DNA of 64,000 nucleotides. Source: Mytilus edulis. Taxonomy: Eukaryota. Both the position numbers and the translations under genes were made by a program. The DNA lies in contig NC_092352.1 of assembly GCF_963676685.1 (NCBI RefSeq), positions 55,676,001 to 55,740,000 of the forward strand, in the 5' to 3' direction. Numbering within the stretch: position 1 is the first letter of the stretch; every line of letters begins with the position of its first letter. This document shows, one piece after another, positions 12,501 to 25,600 of the stretch. Below the pieces are notes generated by a model that did no database searches, was not told the origin of the DNA, and saw only the letters and a program-made list of their open reading frames with translations.

Positions 12501-15500
12501 AACAACTTGGGCACAATTTGCAATGTTTACCGTAGTTTCATGGAGAAAACGTAATGCCAGAAAGTTGAAATCCACAAACAACTCGTGGAAGACTTTGTTT
12601 TACTTGTTCTTCGTGAAATAAATAGCAAATTCAGACCTTTGTCATTGACTGCCCTTATTTTTTATACGAAAATAACAAAATCGGCCACCATATTGTTGAT
12701 CATACTGTGAAAGTACTTTAATTCGTCGGTATCAATATTCGTGGTTTGAGCAATATTAAGATGTTCGTGAGTTCTCTAAAAAAAAAACACGAAAAATTAA
12801 AGCCTTTAGAAAAGAAGGTTACAACTAGTCTGGATTGAAGGAAATTTCAAAGTAAACATTGACCCGTGTAAATCGTTGTGACAACACTTATTAACCCAAG
12901 GTTAAGTGATCAACTGATTAAGGACCATCAAAGGTGTTAATTAGGCCATAAACATGTCATCTAAAGAAAACAGTAACATAAACAAATGCTATAAACGTAT
13001 TTGAATTGTCAAATAATTCTTATCAAAATCAAGCCCAGCATTAAATGATTATTTCCCATATGTACGAGAACTATGAGGATATAAAATGAACACTTTATCA
13101 TACAAGCATATCAATACCGGACATCTGACTTTCATCGAAAAAAAATATTTCTATGAGAATAAAAAGATCAAAAGTTGTTCAGTTTAGGTTATTAAAGATA
13201 ACATGGGTATATTAATCCTGCATGCAGTTGTAGTTCTGTGACTGCTATTTGATTTCACTCCAGGTTTTTAGTGGAGTTCCTGTTGTTTCTTAATTATTAT
13301 TTATAACTGTTGATGTAAATGTCCTTTGGTTTTGTGAGTCTTTCATTACTCCTTGGTTTTGATTGTTATTGTCTATTAAAGTATTCTCAGATTCGAGGTT
13401 ATCCAATATATTCTCTAGATCATTTCAGTAGTCAAACCTTCATGGGGATCTTTCCATGTCTTGATTTGGACAATGGTTGTTTTATTTCGTTGGACACTTA
13501 AAATCGTGGATAAAGTCATCCATGAAAACCACGAAAATTGGTGCCCCACGAATAAAAGTACTTTCACACTTATTTACATATCTTCTTCTCAATGTTTATA
13601 ATCCTCCAAAGAAGGAGCACACCTGTATAAAGAAAGATACTCAATCTAATTTTTTTCCAAGCATTGAGTAACCCACTTAACATATTCTAAAATATGTGTA
13701 CATACTTCTTGCTTAAGAATATATATGTTTAGGTATTTTGAGTTATGGGAAAAGTTAAAGATGCTATTAGTAGCAGTGCTGGTAGGGTGCCTTGGTCATC
13801 TTTTTCTGTTTTCTTTATTTTTAATACAAATTTTCACTGTTGCTATATCCTAACATTTACTGACCACAGCTGTTTTGTGCTGTATTGCCATTAAGCACAT
13901 CAGAGGAAGAAAGGTGAAACTGGTAAAGTGTGTCAGACCATAGAAACAGAATGAAGCAGGACACCTTTCAAAACATGCTGCATATAAAGCTTAACTGGGC
14001 CAACCAATGATTTAAAAACGTGTGTGACAAGCTGCTTGACAAGTTTTTCAGCCTAAAAAGTAGAAAGATAGAGTTCTATATGGGCTAATGATGTAGTTCT
14101 TGTATAACCAGTGATTTCAACGAATAAACACAATGTTTGATTTATATCTTTAATAAAACATGCCCTTTTCATAATATCATATCACGCGTTAAATGCCCTT
14201 TTTCAGGATTGGCACCCTGCCCTTTGAAATCCTAGCTGGAACACTGATGTTGTATGCAAGCGGGGGTATCATCTGTGTCCATGGGGACACATTCTTCATT
14301 TTTTTCTCTTCTGGTCAACCTTTCTCAACCAGTGGGAATCCGACGATAAGGTATTAATTTGGCGTGGCCTAATGTATCTTTCAATAAATTATGATAAACA
14401 ATTTGAGAAAAAATGAATATAAAAAAAAATATCTTAATGTTAAAAATATATACAAAACACATTAAATAAATAAAACTGACAAAAATTAAGTATCTTATTT
14501 GTTTCATTTATTTTTCATTAGGTCTTACCATTACTGATTCCATTCCTGTATTGGCCTCAGGGATGCTTGCTTGTAGGATATGTCCAAAACAATTTTGGCA
14601 TCTTGATAGTCTACTTCAACATCATGACATGGAACTTCCTGAAAAAAGGACCGACTGTGGCCACGTAATGTCTCAACTTGATTGTCATGTGTGCCTAAGT
14701 AGGATTGATAATTGGATAAGTGCAACCGACAGTATCATATGTTTTTGTGAAACTTGTGATAAGACCTATACATCTCTCCTTCAATTTAATCATCATGTGA
14801 TCCTACTCCACGGGGAGCAAAAACAATGCATTTTTTGTAAAAAAGACTTTTTTCGTAAAAGAGAATTTAGAGACCATGTTTGTGAAAGATTGAAAAAATT
14901 AAATTATAGCTATAAGATGGATAAGTTTGCATTTTGTTATAAGATGGATGTACCTTTATTACAAAAACTAGCAAAGCGGAAAAAGCTAAATGTTCAAAAA
15001 GTTAAAGGAAGTAGTGATACAAACAATGGTATAATTAGTAATAATTATGAGGCTGAAGGTGACAACTGTACACATAAATTAGCAGAAAATGACAATACAC
15101 ATTATTTAGCAGAAGGTAGCAATGGTACATGTTATCTAGCAGAAGGTGGCAATGGTAAACAATATCTTGCAGAAGGTGGCAATCGTACACATTGTCTAGC
15201 AGGAAGTGGCAATGGTACACATTATCTAGCAGGAGGTGGCAATGGTACACATTATCTAGCAGGAGGTGACAATGGTACACATTATCTAGCAGGAGGTGAC
15301 AATGGTACACATTATCTAGCAGGAGGTGACAATGGTACACATTATCTAGCAGGAGGTGACAATGGTACACATTATCTAGCAGGAGGTGACAATGGTACAC
15401 ATTATCTAGCAGGAGGTGACAATGGTACACATTATCTAGCAGGAGGTGACAATGGTACACATTATTTAGCAGGAGGTGACAATGGTACACATTATCTAGC

Positions 15501-18500
15501 AGGAGGTGACAATGGTACACATTATTTAGCAGGAAAGAAAAAGAGAGTAAACACAAAAGACAGTGCAACCAAGATTGTGAAAACTCCAAGTGAATTATTC
15601 ATGAGTAGTTACACTCTAACAGATAGCGAAAGTGAAAAAGAAACATATATTGTCAGAAGAATTAACAATGAAGCAGAGGCTGTCACTAGAATTAACACTG
15701 AGGCAGAGATTGTAACTAATAGTAACACTGAAGCATTGATGGTCGCTAATAGTAACACTGAAACAGAGATGATCACTAATAGTAACACTGAAGCATTGAT
15801 GGTTGCTAATAGTAACACTGAGGCAGAGATGGTTACTAGAATTAAATCAGAAGCAGAGATGGTCACTAATAGTAACACTGAAGCAGTGATGCTCACTAAT
15901 AGTAACACTGAAGCAGTGATGGTTGCTAATAGTAACACTGAAGCAGTGATGGTTGCTAATAGTAACACTGAAGCAGTGATGGTTGCTGATAGTAAAACTG
16001 AAGCAGAGATGGTCACTTATAGTAACACTGAAGCAGTGATGGTCACTAATAATAACACTGAAGCGGAGATGGTCATTGATGGTAACACTGAAGCAGAGAT
16101 TAACACTGATAGTAACACTGAAACAGAGATTGTCGCTAATAGTAACACTGAAGCTGAGATGGTCACTAGAATAAAAACTGAAGCAGAGATGATCAATTAT
16201 AGTAACACTGAAGCAGAGATTGTCACTAATAGTAACACTGAAGCAGAGATGATCACTAATTGTAACAATGAAGCTGAGATGGTCACTAGAATTAAAACTG
16301 AAGCAGATATTGTCACTTATAGCGACGCTGAAGCAGAGATTGTCGCTAATAGAAACACTGAAGCAGATATTGTTTTTAGAAGTAACACTGTTCTTGAAAA
16401 TTTTGAAAGTCATACCCAAAATAATGAGATTCAACTTCAAGATTCATTAGTTAAAGATCAGATAAAAACAACACATGTCAATTGTTTCTGCAGCCCATGC
16501 AAAGTATTGTTTACTTCTCTTAAGAAGTTAAATGCACATGCTTGGTTTGTACACACACAGAGACAATGTGTGATTTGTCATACATATTTTACAAATCACT
16601 TATGTATGTGTAATCATGAATGTGCTAGAGTGATTTTACAAATGAAAATTAATCCTATGAGTCAAATAGTTTTACATTTTGGGTCAGAAGATAAAATATT
16701 AGAAAAAGTCAGAGGGCATGGCAATCAATGGTATGTTTTTGTTAAAGACAATCCCATGACATTAGAAGAGACTAAAACTAAAGATTTACGTTTACCATGT
16801 TATTGCAGAACATGCAAAATAGGGTTAATTTCTCTTTCTCAATTAAACAATCACATCTATGATGTGCATACAACAAGAGCAGAGTGCATATATTGTAAGA
16901 TGGATTTTAATTCAACTGAAGAAATGGGCGATCATTTTTGTGAAAAATTGAAAACAAAGTTGAAGGAGAACATTTTGACTGAAATTACTGCATGTCCTTG
17001 TTTGGAAACTTACGACAAATATAGCAGAAGAGGAGTTGAAATGATAACCTTGCCATGGCTAAGAATGTCAGCAAAGACTCTACGACAGCTTGCAGAGGAG
17101 AAGTTAGATAAGGTCGGAAAAAGACTATTTATAAAAAAGACTGATGAACAAAAAAAAGAGATATTAAACGAAATTTTGACAAAGAAAAAGAAAAAACTAT
17201 TTTCTTGTTTTGAAAATTCCAATAGGGTACAATTTGTCAAAATGAAAAGGGAACAATTTGTCAAAAAAAACTGTCCAGTTTGCTCTAGGATTTTTTTTGG
17301 GACATCTAATCAAAGTCTTTATGAACATTTTTATAAAAAACACCAAAAAGACACAAAGTACTGTCGTTTTTGCCAACAGGCATTTTTTGCTGACAATCAT
17401 GAATGCAAGAAAGAAAAAGAAGAAAGTTATATGAATAGGAAAGAAAATAAGAAAATAAAAGAAGAACTAGTTGGAGAAGAAAGCATCAAGTTGCAAAAAT
17501 GTCCACAATGTTCATATATAAAAAACTTCTGCAAAGAAAACATTCATAATCAAACTTGTACTAGAAAAGCTTGTCTTTCTTGTGAAAACTGCAGGGAATG
17601 CGAAGGTAAAAACTGTTTTTACTGTGGAAAAATTTTTCATTTTGAAAGTTTGACCTGGAGACATGTGGAAAAAAAGCATAGGTCAACAAAAACCGGTATT
17701 TTTCATTGTTATTTATGTAACATTACAATCAACACTTTAGAACAATTACAACTTCATGTAAAGACTGTTCACCCTCTCGTGGATGCCTTGAGCATTTATC
17801 GTAAAAAAACAAAATATAGACAATGTCGCCGTAAAAAAAAGAGCATTGAACAAAGATTAGCAGATGCTAAAAAGCAAAGGAAGAAATATCAGGAAAAACA
17901 CAAAGATAGGTACAAATGTGAGGTTTGTCAAGAAAAGTTCACTTACTATATTATGCTGAGGAAGCATATTGCAAATGAACATGAAAGGGAAACTTTTGGC
18001 TGTAATATATGTAACATGCAGTTTAAGCATAAAAAAACATTAGAAAGACACCAAATGAAGGGACATTTGCAAGTATGTGAAAAAGAGAAACCTAAACATA
18101 CCTGTTTTGTTTGTGACAAGAAGTATTCGACTTCGAGAAGTTTGAGAAGACACAATTTCAAGGAACATTTAATCGAGGACAAACATATTTCCAAGTTGAG
18201 GGAAAATGTTGCTTGTGAGCAATGTGGTAAAATTGTGATGAGAAAGTGTATGAGGTTACATTTACTGGTTCATCAAGAAAAAGAGTTTATGTGTGAAGAT
18301 TGTGGAGAGAAGTTTCGTAGACCTGATGATTTGAAAAGGCATAGGCAAAAACATTTAAGGAAAAAATATGTGCTCAAGTCCGAAACATCCGGGTATAAAT
18401 GCTTAATATGTGGGTTGATTTTATCTACCAATGGTGCAATAAAAAGACATTTTAGTTTGAAACATTCAAGTGAAAAGATTGCTATACCATGCAAAATCTG

Positions 18501-18729
18501 TGGCAGATTATATGCAAGTAAACCTGTGTTAGATATACACATGAAACTGAAACATTCTGAAAAATCTTTCCAATGTGAAATATGTAATAAGAAATTCTAT
18601 TACAATTACCTGCTTAAAAACCATGTAAAGATCGTTCATGAAAATTATAAGCCTTTTCAGTGTGACATTTGTAATTTCAGGTGTTATATGAAATCTGCAC
18701 TTGTATCACATATGAAATACAATCATTAA
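6502..18729 (+). CDS. Large multi-C2H2 zinc-finger protein with micro-exon-encoded N-terminus and two internal 10-aa repeat tracts (true start uncertain, possibly upstream)
   Basis: Terminal exon 14522-18729 (acceptor ttttcattag|GT, same frame as ORF 14551-18729) with many CxxC...H..H fingers (e.g. CEDCGEKFRRPDDLKRHRQKH, HENYKPFQCDIC). Upstream AG/GT-bounded phase-1 micro-exons 6502-6534, 8062-8109, 8660-8707, 9811-9843, 10415-10462 and 11315-11362 all splice in frame without stops. The terminal exon is certain; the micro-exon joins are predicted. Confidence 0.8.
6750..7553 (+). mobile_element. Helentron/DINE-1-like non-autonomous element (HINE) with ~170-bp central tandem repeats
   Basis: 5' ttttatacccccgc subTIR plus inverted partner ggggggtata, (GTCC/GTCA)n microsatellite, ~3.5 central units, 3' gcgggggtat subTIR and hairpin gtgagc-agta-gctcgc before cttgtt. 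Confidence 0.8.
8903..9161. mobile_element. piggyBac-type MITE
   Basis: TTAA|CCCTTTCCTCCAT ... ATGAAAGACAGGG|TTAA (imperfect 13-bp TIR, TTAA on both sides). Confidence 0.6.
11452..14297 (+). mobile_element. HINE-like element interrupted by a hAT-type insertion
   Basis: Central repeats (caaatgttatgaaacttatacacaatgcttattaccac) at 11520-12120; 3' end gcgggggtatcatc-tgtgtcc-atgg-ggacaca resumes after 14246. Confidence 0.65.
12163..14246. mobile_element. Non-autonomous hAT-like element with 5-bp TSD (hAT5-like), containing a nested TACTGT-type MITE (~12703-13570)
   Basis: TIR CAGTGTTCTAGCTAGG / CCTAGCTGGAACACTG; ATGTT duplicated directly on both sides. Inner inverted repeat tgtgaaagtacttt...aaagtactttcaca. 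Confidence 0.7.
14522..18729 (+). CDS. Terminal ~4.2-kb coding exon of the C2H2 zinc-finger gene
   Basis: Open 1392-aa reading frame with clustered C2H2 fingers; stop TAA ending at 18729. Confidence 0.92.
15050..15535 (+). repeat. Coding 30-bp minisatellite encoding (GGDNGTHYLA)n, ~16 copies
   Basis: Unit aggaggtgacaatggtacacattatctagc; near-perfect in the middle, degenerate at the 5' edge. Confidence 0.95.
15655..16390 (+). repeat. Coding 30-bp minisatellite encoding (NSNTEAEMVT)n, ~24 diverged copies
   Basis: Unit aatagtaacactgaagcagagatggtcact. Confidence 0.95.
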
Positions 18730-21237
18730 TTCAGCTTTATACTATTGCTGGGTGTTGTTTTTGTGCATTAGTGATCCAGGGAGTTGTTAAGGGGATGGAA
18801 AAAAAACTTTTGTTTAATGAAGAAAAAAATGATGTGAATGTTTCATGGTGTTCCAGGGTTGGAATACCCCCCCCCCCCCCTTTTAAATTACTGCATTGGT
18901 GTCTGATATGTACTTAATGTTAGAAGCGTATACCAAGCTATATTTATTTTAATGTTTGTGCAATTGAACCATTATTATGCTAACATTAGTCATAGAAAAG
19001 AGCAATTAATGTTAGATTTTTTTAAATGTGATTTTATCGTGTGTTTCTCATTCTATTTAGGGAATAACTTATTATACTTAAATTTTTGAAAGCAGAGGTG
19101 TGTATTGATCTTTTTGTCATTTCATTCATCTTCTCTTTTGTAATCCACAATGGCATCTAAAATGAGTTTAAATCACCATAAAACTTGCATTAAGGTAGTA
19201 CCTAACACTACAGGGAGATAACTCTGTAAAGTCAGCTAAATGTTTTAATTACATTATGTTGTAAAAGGAATATTAAGCTTCTCAATGATCAAAATTGGTT
19301 TTTGTCAAAGTGCTTTATAACCAGTGTAATTTTTCTGACAAAACGGTTGGTTCAAAATTTTTGAAATTTTTATATTTTTGTTTATTATAGTGAGTTGCTT
19401 ATAGGTGTTACTGTAAAAGTTTACCTATAGCTCAACCTGTTTTTAAAATTGACAATACAATAGGGACATTTAAATTGACCAGTTGGTATTGTTAGATTTA
19501 AATCTACCTTGATGCTACCTGTAAAAAAAATTATTCACCTAACCCAAAGCTTTAACTCAACCTTAATGATGTTATTACTAAATTTGTCTATCAATCTGTA
19601 TAGTTATATTATAGCCATTACCATACTAAAGGTAAAATGTTTTATTTTGAATTGCTATAAAAATGTCCAAACTAAGCTTTTATATACTAGTTTTTCTTTC
19701 GAAAAGGATTTTATATTCATAAGAATCACACATTATGTGAATAAAAACATTTCATATTCAGTAAAATGTTTGTGAAATTGCAATATGTTTGTAGGAAGGG
19801 GAGATAATCTTTTTTGGTTTCAAAAATTTTTTATTCAAAAGAATATAGATTGTAAGAATGTTTTATTTTATCACCTTGCACTTTCACGACTTGACTGTGG
19901 TTTTCTACAGCAGTTTTCAGCAAATTTCTGACCAGTTGAACAATTTGGTTTAATAAAACAAATTGCAATTTGGTCAAATGTTTGAATGAATTGCAATTGG
20001 TGGATAGCAACACTTACAGTCAAGTCACTGTAACGACCTTGACTGGCTAAGGTAGTTACAACAAATGGATGTTTTTAACAACCTTGACTGGCTAAGGTAG
20101 TTACAACAAATGGATGTTTTAACGACATTGACTGGCTATTCAGCTCTTGCACAGTCGGCTAAGGTAGTTCAGGGTTATAAGGCCACCTTGAATTGTACAA
20201 CCACAGTAAATAATCTGTCTAGCTCTTTGCCCAAATCTGGTTTAAAACACTGTTCATTTATATAAAAAAAACCTTAGTTATGCATTGCATTCTCGAAAAT
20301 GTTTTATCTAATACCAGTAACAAATATGTGTGCTTATAGAATTAATTTTTCAAATAAATCTTTTAGTACAAAATTTATGCTGATTATATAGGGAAATTTT
20401 CCTTTTTACTTTTTGCAAGAAAACATTTTTATTTTTTTATTTTCTTAAAATAAATTTTAAAACCTATCTTCTATTTTATTTCAAAATTCTGTCTCATTGA
20501 TGTCTTTGTATGCACAAAAATGTGTTTTTTCATGAACAATCAAAGCAAATTTTGGAAATTTTGAACGACTCAACTACCTTGGAAATAGTGCAGTGACCCA
20601 CAATTTTTATCATTTTTTTTTTAAGCAAGGAATAAGAGAATTCTGTCATTTTTTTTCTATACCCCTAATTTACCTTAACTTTTACAAATATCTTCTTCTC
20701 TGAAATAACTAGGCCAAATTTAACCAGGAAAATATATACTGACATATTGTTCCCAGATTTAACTAATTTACATAATCATCATTGGGGTATCTTGTTCAAA
20801 GGATGTGTCTAATGACCCATCTTTGCTAGCCAAGGTTTATGGACAAGTCTTCTCTACTTAACCACAATAAATAGATAAAATCTGATGTGGGCAAATGTGT
20901 ATAGATTATTGAGCTCCACTCTATTGTCCATTTTTAAGTCAAAACTATTACATGACTCTTTATTGGAGTTACTGCCCTTAAATGATAATTTTACCCTTTT
21001 CTCATTTTTTTTTCTTATTTTCTAGACAACTATAATAGATAGAGATATACTCATAATTACAAGAATGATCCACAAGACAAAATCCACAAAAAAGTCATTA
21101 GTCTGAAATTATAAGTCACCTTCCTATAGAGTTATTGCCCTTTACAGACGATTTTTACTAAAAAAAATAGATTAATAGAAATTTAAAAGTTAAAATAACA
21201 AGACAAAAGTGTGTAGACTCATGATAGGAGCGAGTAC

Positions 21238-21897
21238 CCTTGAATGATGACTTTTTTTTTACCTTCTTGTATTTTGGGCAAAACTAAAGAAGATGGAGAG
21301 AAATTGTAAACTAAAATAATATCAGATCAACTGAAAGGGATTTTTGTCATGAAATCTATTCCAGCCTACCTTGAATGATGACTTTTTTTTTACCTTCTTG
21401 TATTTTGGGCAAAAACTTTAAGAAGATGGAGAGAAATTGTAAACTAAAATAATATCAGATCAACTGAAAGGGATTTTTGTCATGAAATCTATTCCAGCCT
21501 ACCTTGAATGATGACTTTTTTTTTACCCTCTTGTATTTTGGGCAAAAACTAAAGAAGATGGAGAGAAATTGTAAACTAAAATAATATCAGATCAACTGAA
21601 AGGGATTTTTGTCATGAAATCTATTCCAGCCTACCTTGAATGATGACTTTTTTTTTACCCTCTTGTATTTTGGGCAAAAACTAAAGAAGATGGAGAGAAA
21701 TTGTAAACTAAAATAATATCAGATCAACTGAAAGGGATTTTTGTCATGAAATCTATTCCAGCATACCTTGAATGATGACTTTTTTTTACCCTCTTGTATT
21801 TTGGGCAAAAACTAAAGAAGATGAAGAGAAATTGTAAACTAAAATAATATCAGATCAACTGAAAGGGATTTTTGTCATGAAATCTATTCCAGCCTAC
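21238..21897. repeat. ~132-bp tandem repeat, 5 copies
   Basis: Units start at 21238, 21369, 21502, 21634 and 21766 (ccttgaatgatgactttt...ctattccagccta). Confidence 0.95.
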
Positions 21898-22289
21898 TGT
21901 TGAAGATATACATTGATCTATGTGAGCAACACCACTGGCTTTTTAGAGTCTCTAATTAAGTTAATCTATAGCAGAATTTATAAAAGGATATAAATTTTTT
22001 TTCAATGAACCATTCATATATCTGTATTTACATTAGGTGTTGAAATCATAAAGATTTTATAGTTTGAGATTAGGGAGCTACCATTTTATTTTTAGGGAGG
22101 TGTAAAAAAAAAAGGCAGAATGACAATTTATATTTTAAAAAAGTCAGGATAAACTAATAAAAAAAGACAGGAGCTAATAGAGTGAAAAATAATTATGCAA
22201 AACCGAGATTACAACTTAAAAAAAATGCAGGGCAAAATTGTTCATTCTAGCTCCCTTACTGACAATATGATGACATATTTATATTTGGT

Positions 22290-22652
22290 TCTTGGTTTTC
22301 ATTTGATTGTTGACCTTTTTTACCTTGTTGTCTAAAAAGATAAATAATTTTACATATAAGTTTTTTGTATTCTATGTTACCATTTTTTCTCTGTTGTATT
22401 TCAATGTCATTTTGGTTTTCATTTGATTGTAGACCTTTTTAACTTTGATGTCTAAAAAGATAAATAATTTTTCATACAAGTTGTTTGTATCATATGTTAC
22501 CATTTTTTCTCTGTTGTATTTCAATGTCATTTTGGTTTTCATTTGATTGTAGACCTTTTTAACTTTGATGTCTAAAAAGATAAATAATTTTACATGCAAG
22601 TTTTTTGTATCATATGTTACCATTTTTTCTCTGTTGTTTTTCAATGTCATTT
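22290..22652. repeat. 120-bp tandem repeat, 3 copies
   Basis: ttggttttcatttgattgt...catatgttaccattttttctctgttgtatttcaatgtcattt repeated; explains ORF 22372-22650. Confidence 0.93.
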
Positions 22653-25600
22653 TATCATATCAAAGTTGATTTTACACAGTAAAATATGAATACATGACCT
22701 TGAATGAGTTGTCAAGGGAATTTATTCCTTCCTGTTAAACTGTGTATACTTGTTTTAATTTAACATTGTATAAGTTGACTGCTATTTTGTATTTTATGTA
22801 TGTAAGAATGTATTTGAATAAAAGAACAAGAGATTGATGAACTTAATGGTGTGTTAAAACATAAAGAATAGAGGATAATAGGCATAAATATGAAAAATAC
22901 AAATACATTTTCCTATATATTTGGAGTATGCAAAAATGAAGGACCCCTATCAAAACTATAGTATTATCATAAAAAAAATCAAACTTTTCAAACTGAAAGT
23001 TGACATCATGAAGACATACAATAAATGCAAAGTTTAAAATGAAAGTTAGAACAACAGATCGTAGATATAGGAAGATGTGGTATGAGTGCCAATGAGACAA
23101 CTCTCCATCCAAGTAACAATTTATAAAAATAAACCTTTATAGGTCAAGGTACGGCCTTCAACATGGAGCATTGGCTCACATCGAAAAGCAAGCTATAAAG
23201 GGCCCCCTAAAATTACTAGTGTAAAACTATTCAAACGGGAAAACCAACTGTCTAATCTATATAAAAATATTTGATTGATTGATTGGTTGGCTGCATAACG
23301 TCCAGTTGCAAATATTTCATGCATGTTTAGGGCGAAGATCATACAGAAAAGCAGGGAAAGTTGGGAAGTTCTCGAGTAAAATGTATAATGAAACTGAGGC
23401 TAAGATTCAAAGTTTTTTTGCACAGTTTTAAATTTCTTGAAGAAAACAAAAGTATGTTTCTGCAGAATTAGTAGGAAAAATTGGTATTACTGTTATAGTT
23501 GACTAAAACTTGTCTCCTGTTTATCTTAAAAAGTAATTCCAGTAAAGGACAGAATTGAACAAACACATTATCTTACTAAAAAACAAAAAGTCCGAGGAAA
23601 AAAATTATAATATGTCATATTAAGCACGAAAAAAGTGACCCATGAGATGAAAAAGTTGAGGTCCTCATGAATTTTTGCAAGGGAAAATTCTTGATAGCAT
23701 TGAAACGATTTAGCTGTTACAAACATAATAAACATGGATTTTTATAACATAAAAACATCAATTGTTTGACTTTTAGGGTCAATGTCATTTTCCATGGTAC
23801 CAACACCCAAAAAGCGAAATAAAATATAGCTAGTACAAAATAGTATGAAAAGCAGCACCGGAATAAATACTACTAAAACGTAAACTCCCTGTCAATGTTA
23901 GACATAGTTCGCCGAATGGGAGACATACTAAAAGCACCATTGAGTTTTGTGTCCGTCACCTAAAACAATTTGGGTTTCTACTTAAATAAATGTTTCGATG
24001 TGCAAAGAAAATTAATGCCCAATTGTCTGCACAAAGATCTGATTTTCGTGCTCCAATCTCATTTGATGGGTGGGCTTTCGGTAGGATATCATTATTTTGG
24101 AGCCAACCAATTTGAAATGATATGGTCTGTGCGATAAAAACGGAGGCATGACACTTGAGGGACAATCAAACGTCTAGGAAAACGGACTTTAACATACTAC
24201 AAAGTAAACTATCCACAGTACATCACAAACACCACCGAAATCCGAGTGTGAGAATGGTAAATCATACCCTGCTGCACATATGGCACCCTTTCATATGGAA
24301 AGTACATATTCGGTCTAAAGATATGCACTGTAAATTAAAAGGACCACATATTTAAACTTGAATAATCTAGCTCTTAACTCTTAATTTAACGTTAGTCTTG
24401 CCTTTGTTAGACTTGTATGATTTTTGTCTTTCCTTGAAGGAGCCAAAAAGCGAGACATAGGTATGCTGTTTCCGGCGTCGGCTGCGGCGTCAACATTGTA
24501 TTAGTATGTTATTAGGTCTAGTTTATGGGGAACTACAGGTGGTAGGTCAATGATGTTTGGTATTTCTAAGTTCTACAGGCTTATTATTCTTTGCTCTATA
24601 TGAAAAAAATGTTACAAACAAAATAAACCATATTTTTTTTACTTTTACAAAATTACCAAAACAAATGCATGTAAGGATCAGCGAAAACATGACAATAATA
24701 AAGAGCTGCGCCGTAAGCGCATGATACGCTCGTCGTATATATCAAAGAATAAATTCCAATTAGTAAATAAATCCTCAATGTCATAGCAGAAATTTAAAAA
24801 TAAATTAAAGGGAGGCTATTTTGAAAAATATTGCAAATGCCGATATTAAACTCGACAAGCCTCTAAATAAACACTTTTTGTAGGGTCGAATACAACTCGA
24901 TATTGGTATGACTGTGTAGCAACAAGATGATTCATTCTGATCTTGACATTTGAAAATGGTTGATGGAGGCATTTTAAGATTGGGTTGGGTCTGAAACAGT
25001 GGTCTCTTTACAGATCTTTACAGTGCACACTTTGGAAAATGGTTGACTATTATGATGACCCCTATATCAATGCCGCTTAGGAGAGATACAGGAAATTCGA
25101 ACTATCTTTGACAGATGTTTGAACCCATGACCTCCCACAACTGATAGAACAGGCATTGCTTAGGATCTGGATACAGGGTAAACAAAGTTAAGATGTTAGA
25201 TGTAGCTAGGTGGAAAATGGTATTCGGGGAAATGAGCCCGCCCCATCTGCCGTATATCACCTGAATATGACCTCATTTCAGGATCTAGTGATTAGTCGGG
25301 TTAGTTTCTGAATCCGAGACTACTTTGACACAGTTTATACATCTTCGCTATCCAAGGGATTTAGGCCCGTGAACTAAAAATAGATATAATGCATATTGTT
25401 TTTATGTTATGAATATGGTTTGTTTTTTGTACTGTTTAACACGCCAGGATTTCTTTTTTTGCAATACAGTTTTGCCTTAATATTTCACTGGACCACAAAA
25501 TATAAATAAAATTTAAGATGCTGATCGATTCCATAAAAACCGATTCATATTTCGCGCCACGAATTGAATTGCATTATTTCCCTTTCATCCTCACAACAGC

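Noticed and set aside
15035-16440. Antisense ORFs of 184, 135 and 197 aa
   Set aside because: Shadows of stop-poor 30-bp coding minisatellites on the opposite strand.
19194-20674. Possible Kolobok-like element (TTAA|GGTA...TACC|TTAA)
   Set aside because: Only 4 bp of terminal complementarity, and the interior looks like a mosaic of unrelated fragments.
24880-25370. Relatively GC-richer stretch that looks like decayed coding sequence
   Set aside because: No sustained frame or recognisable motif on either strand.
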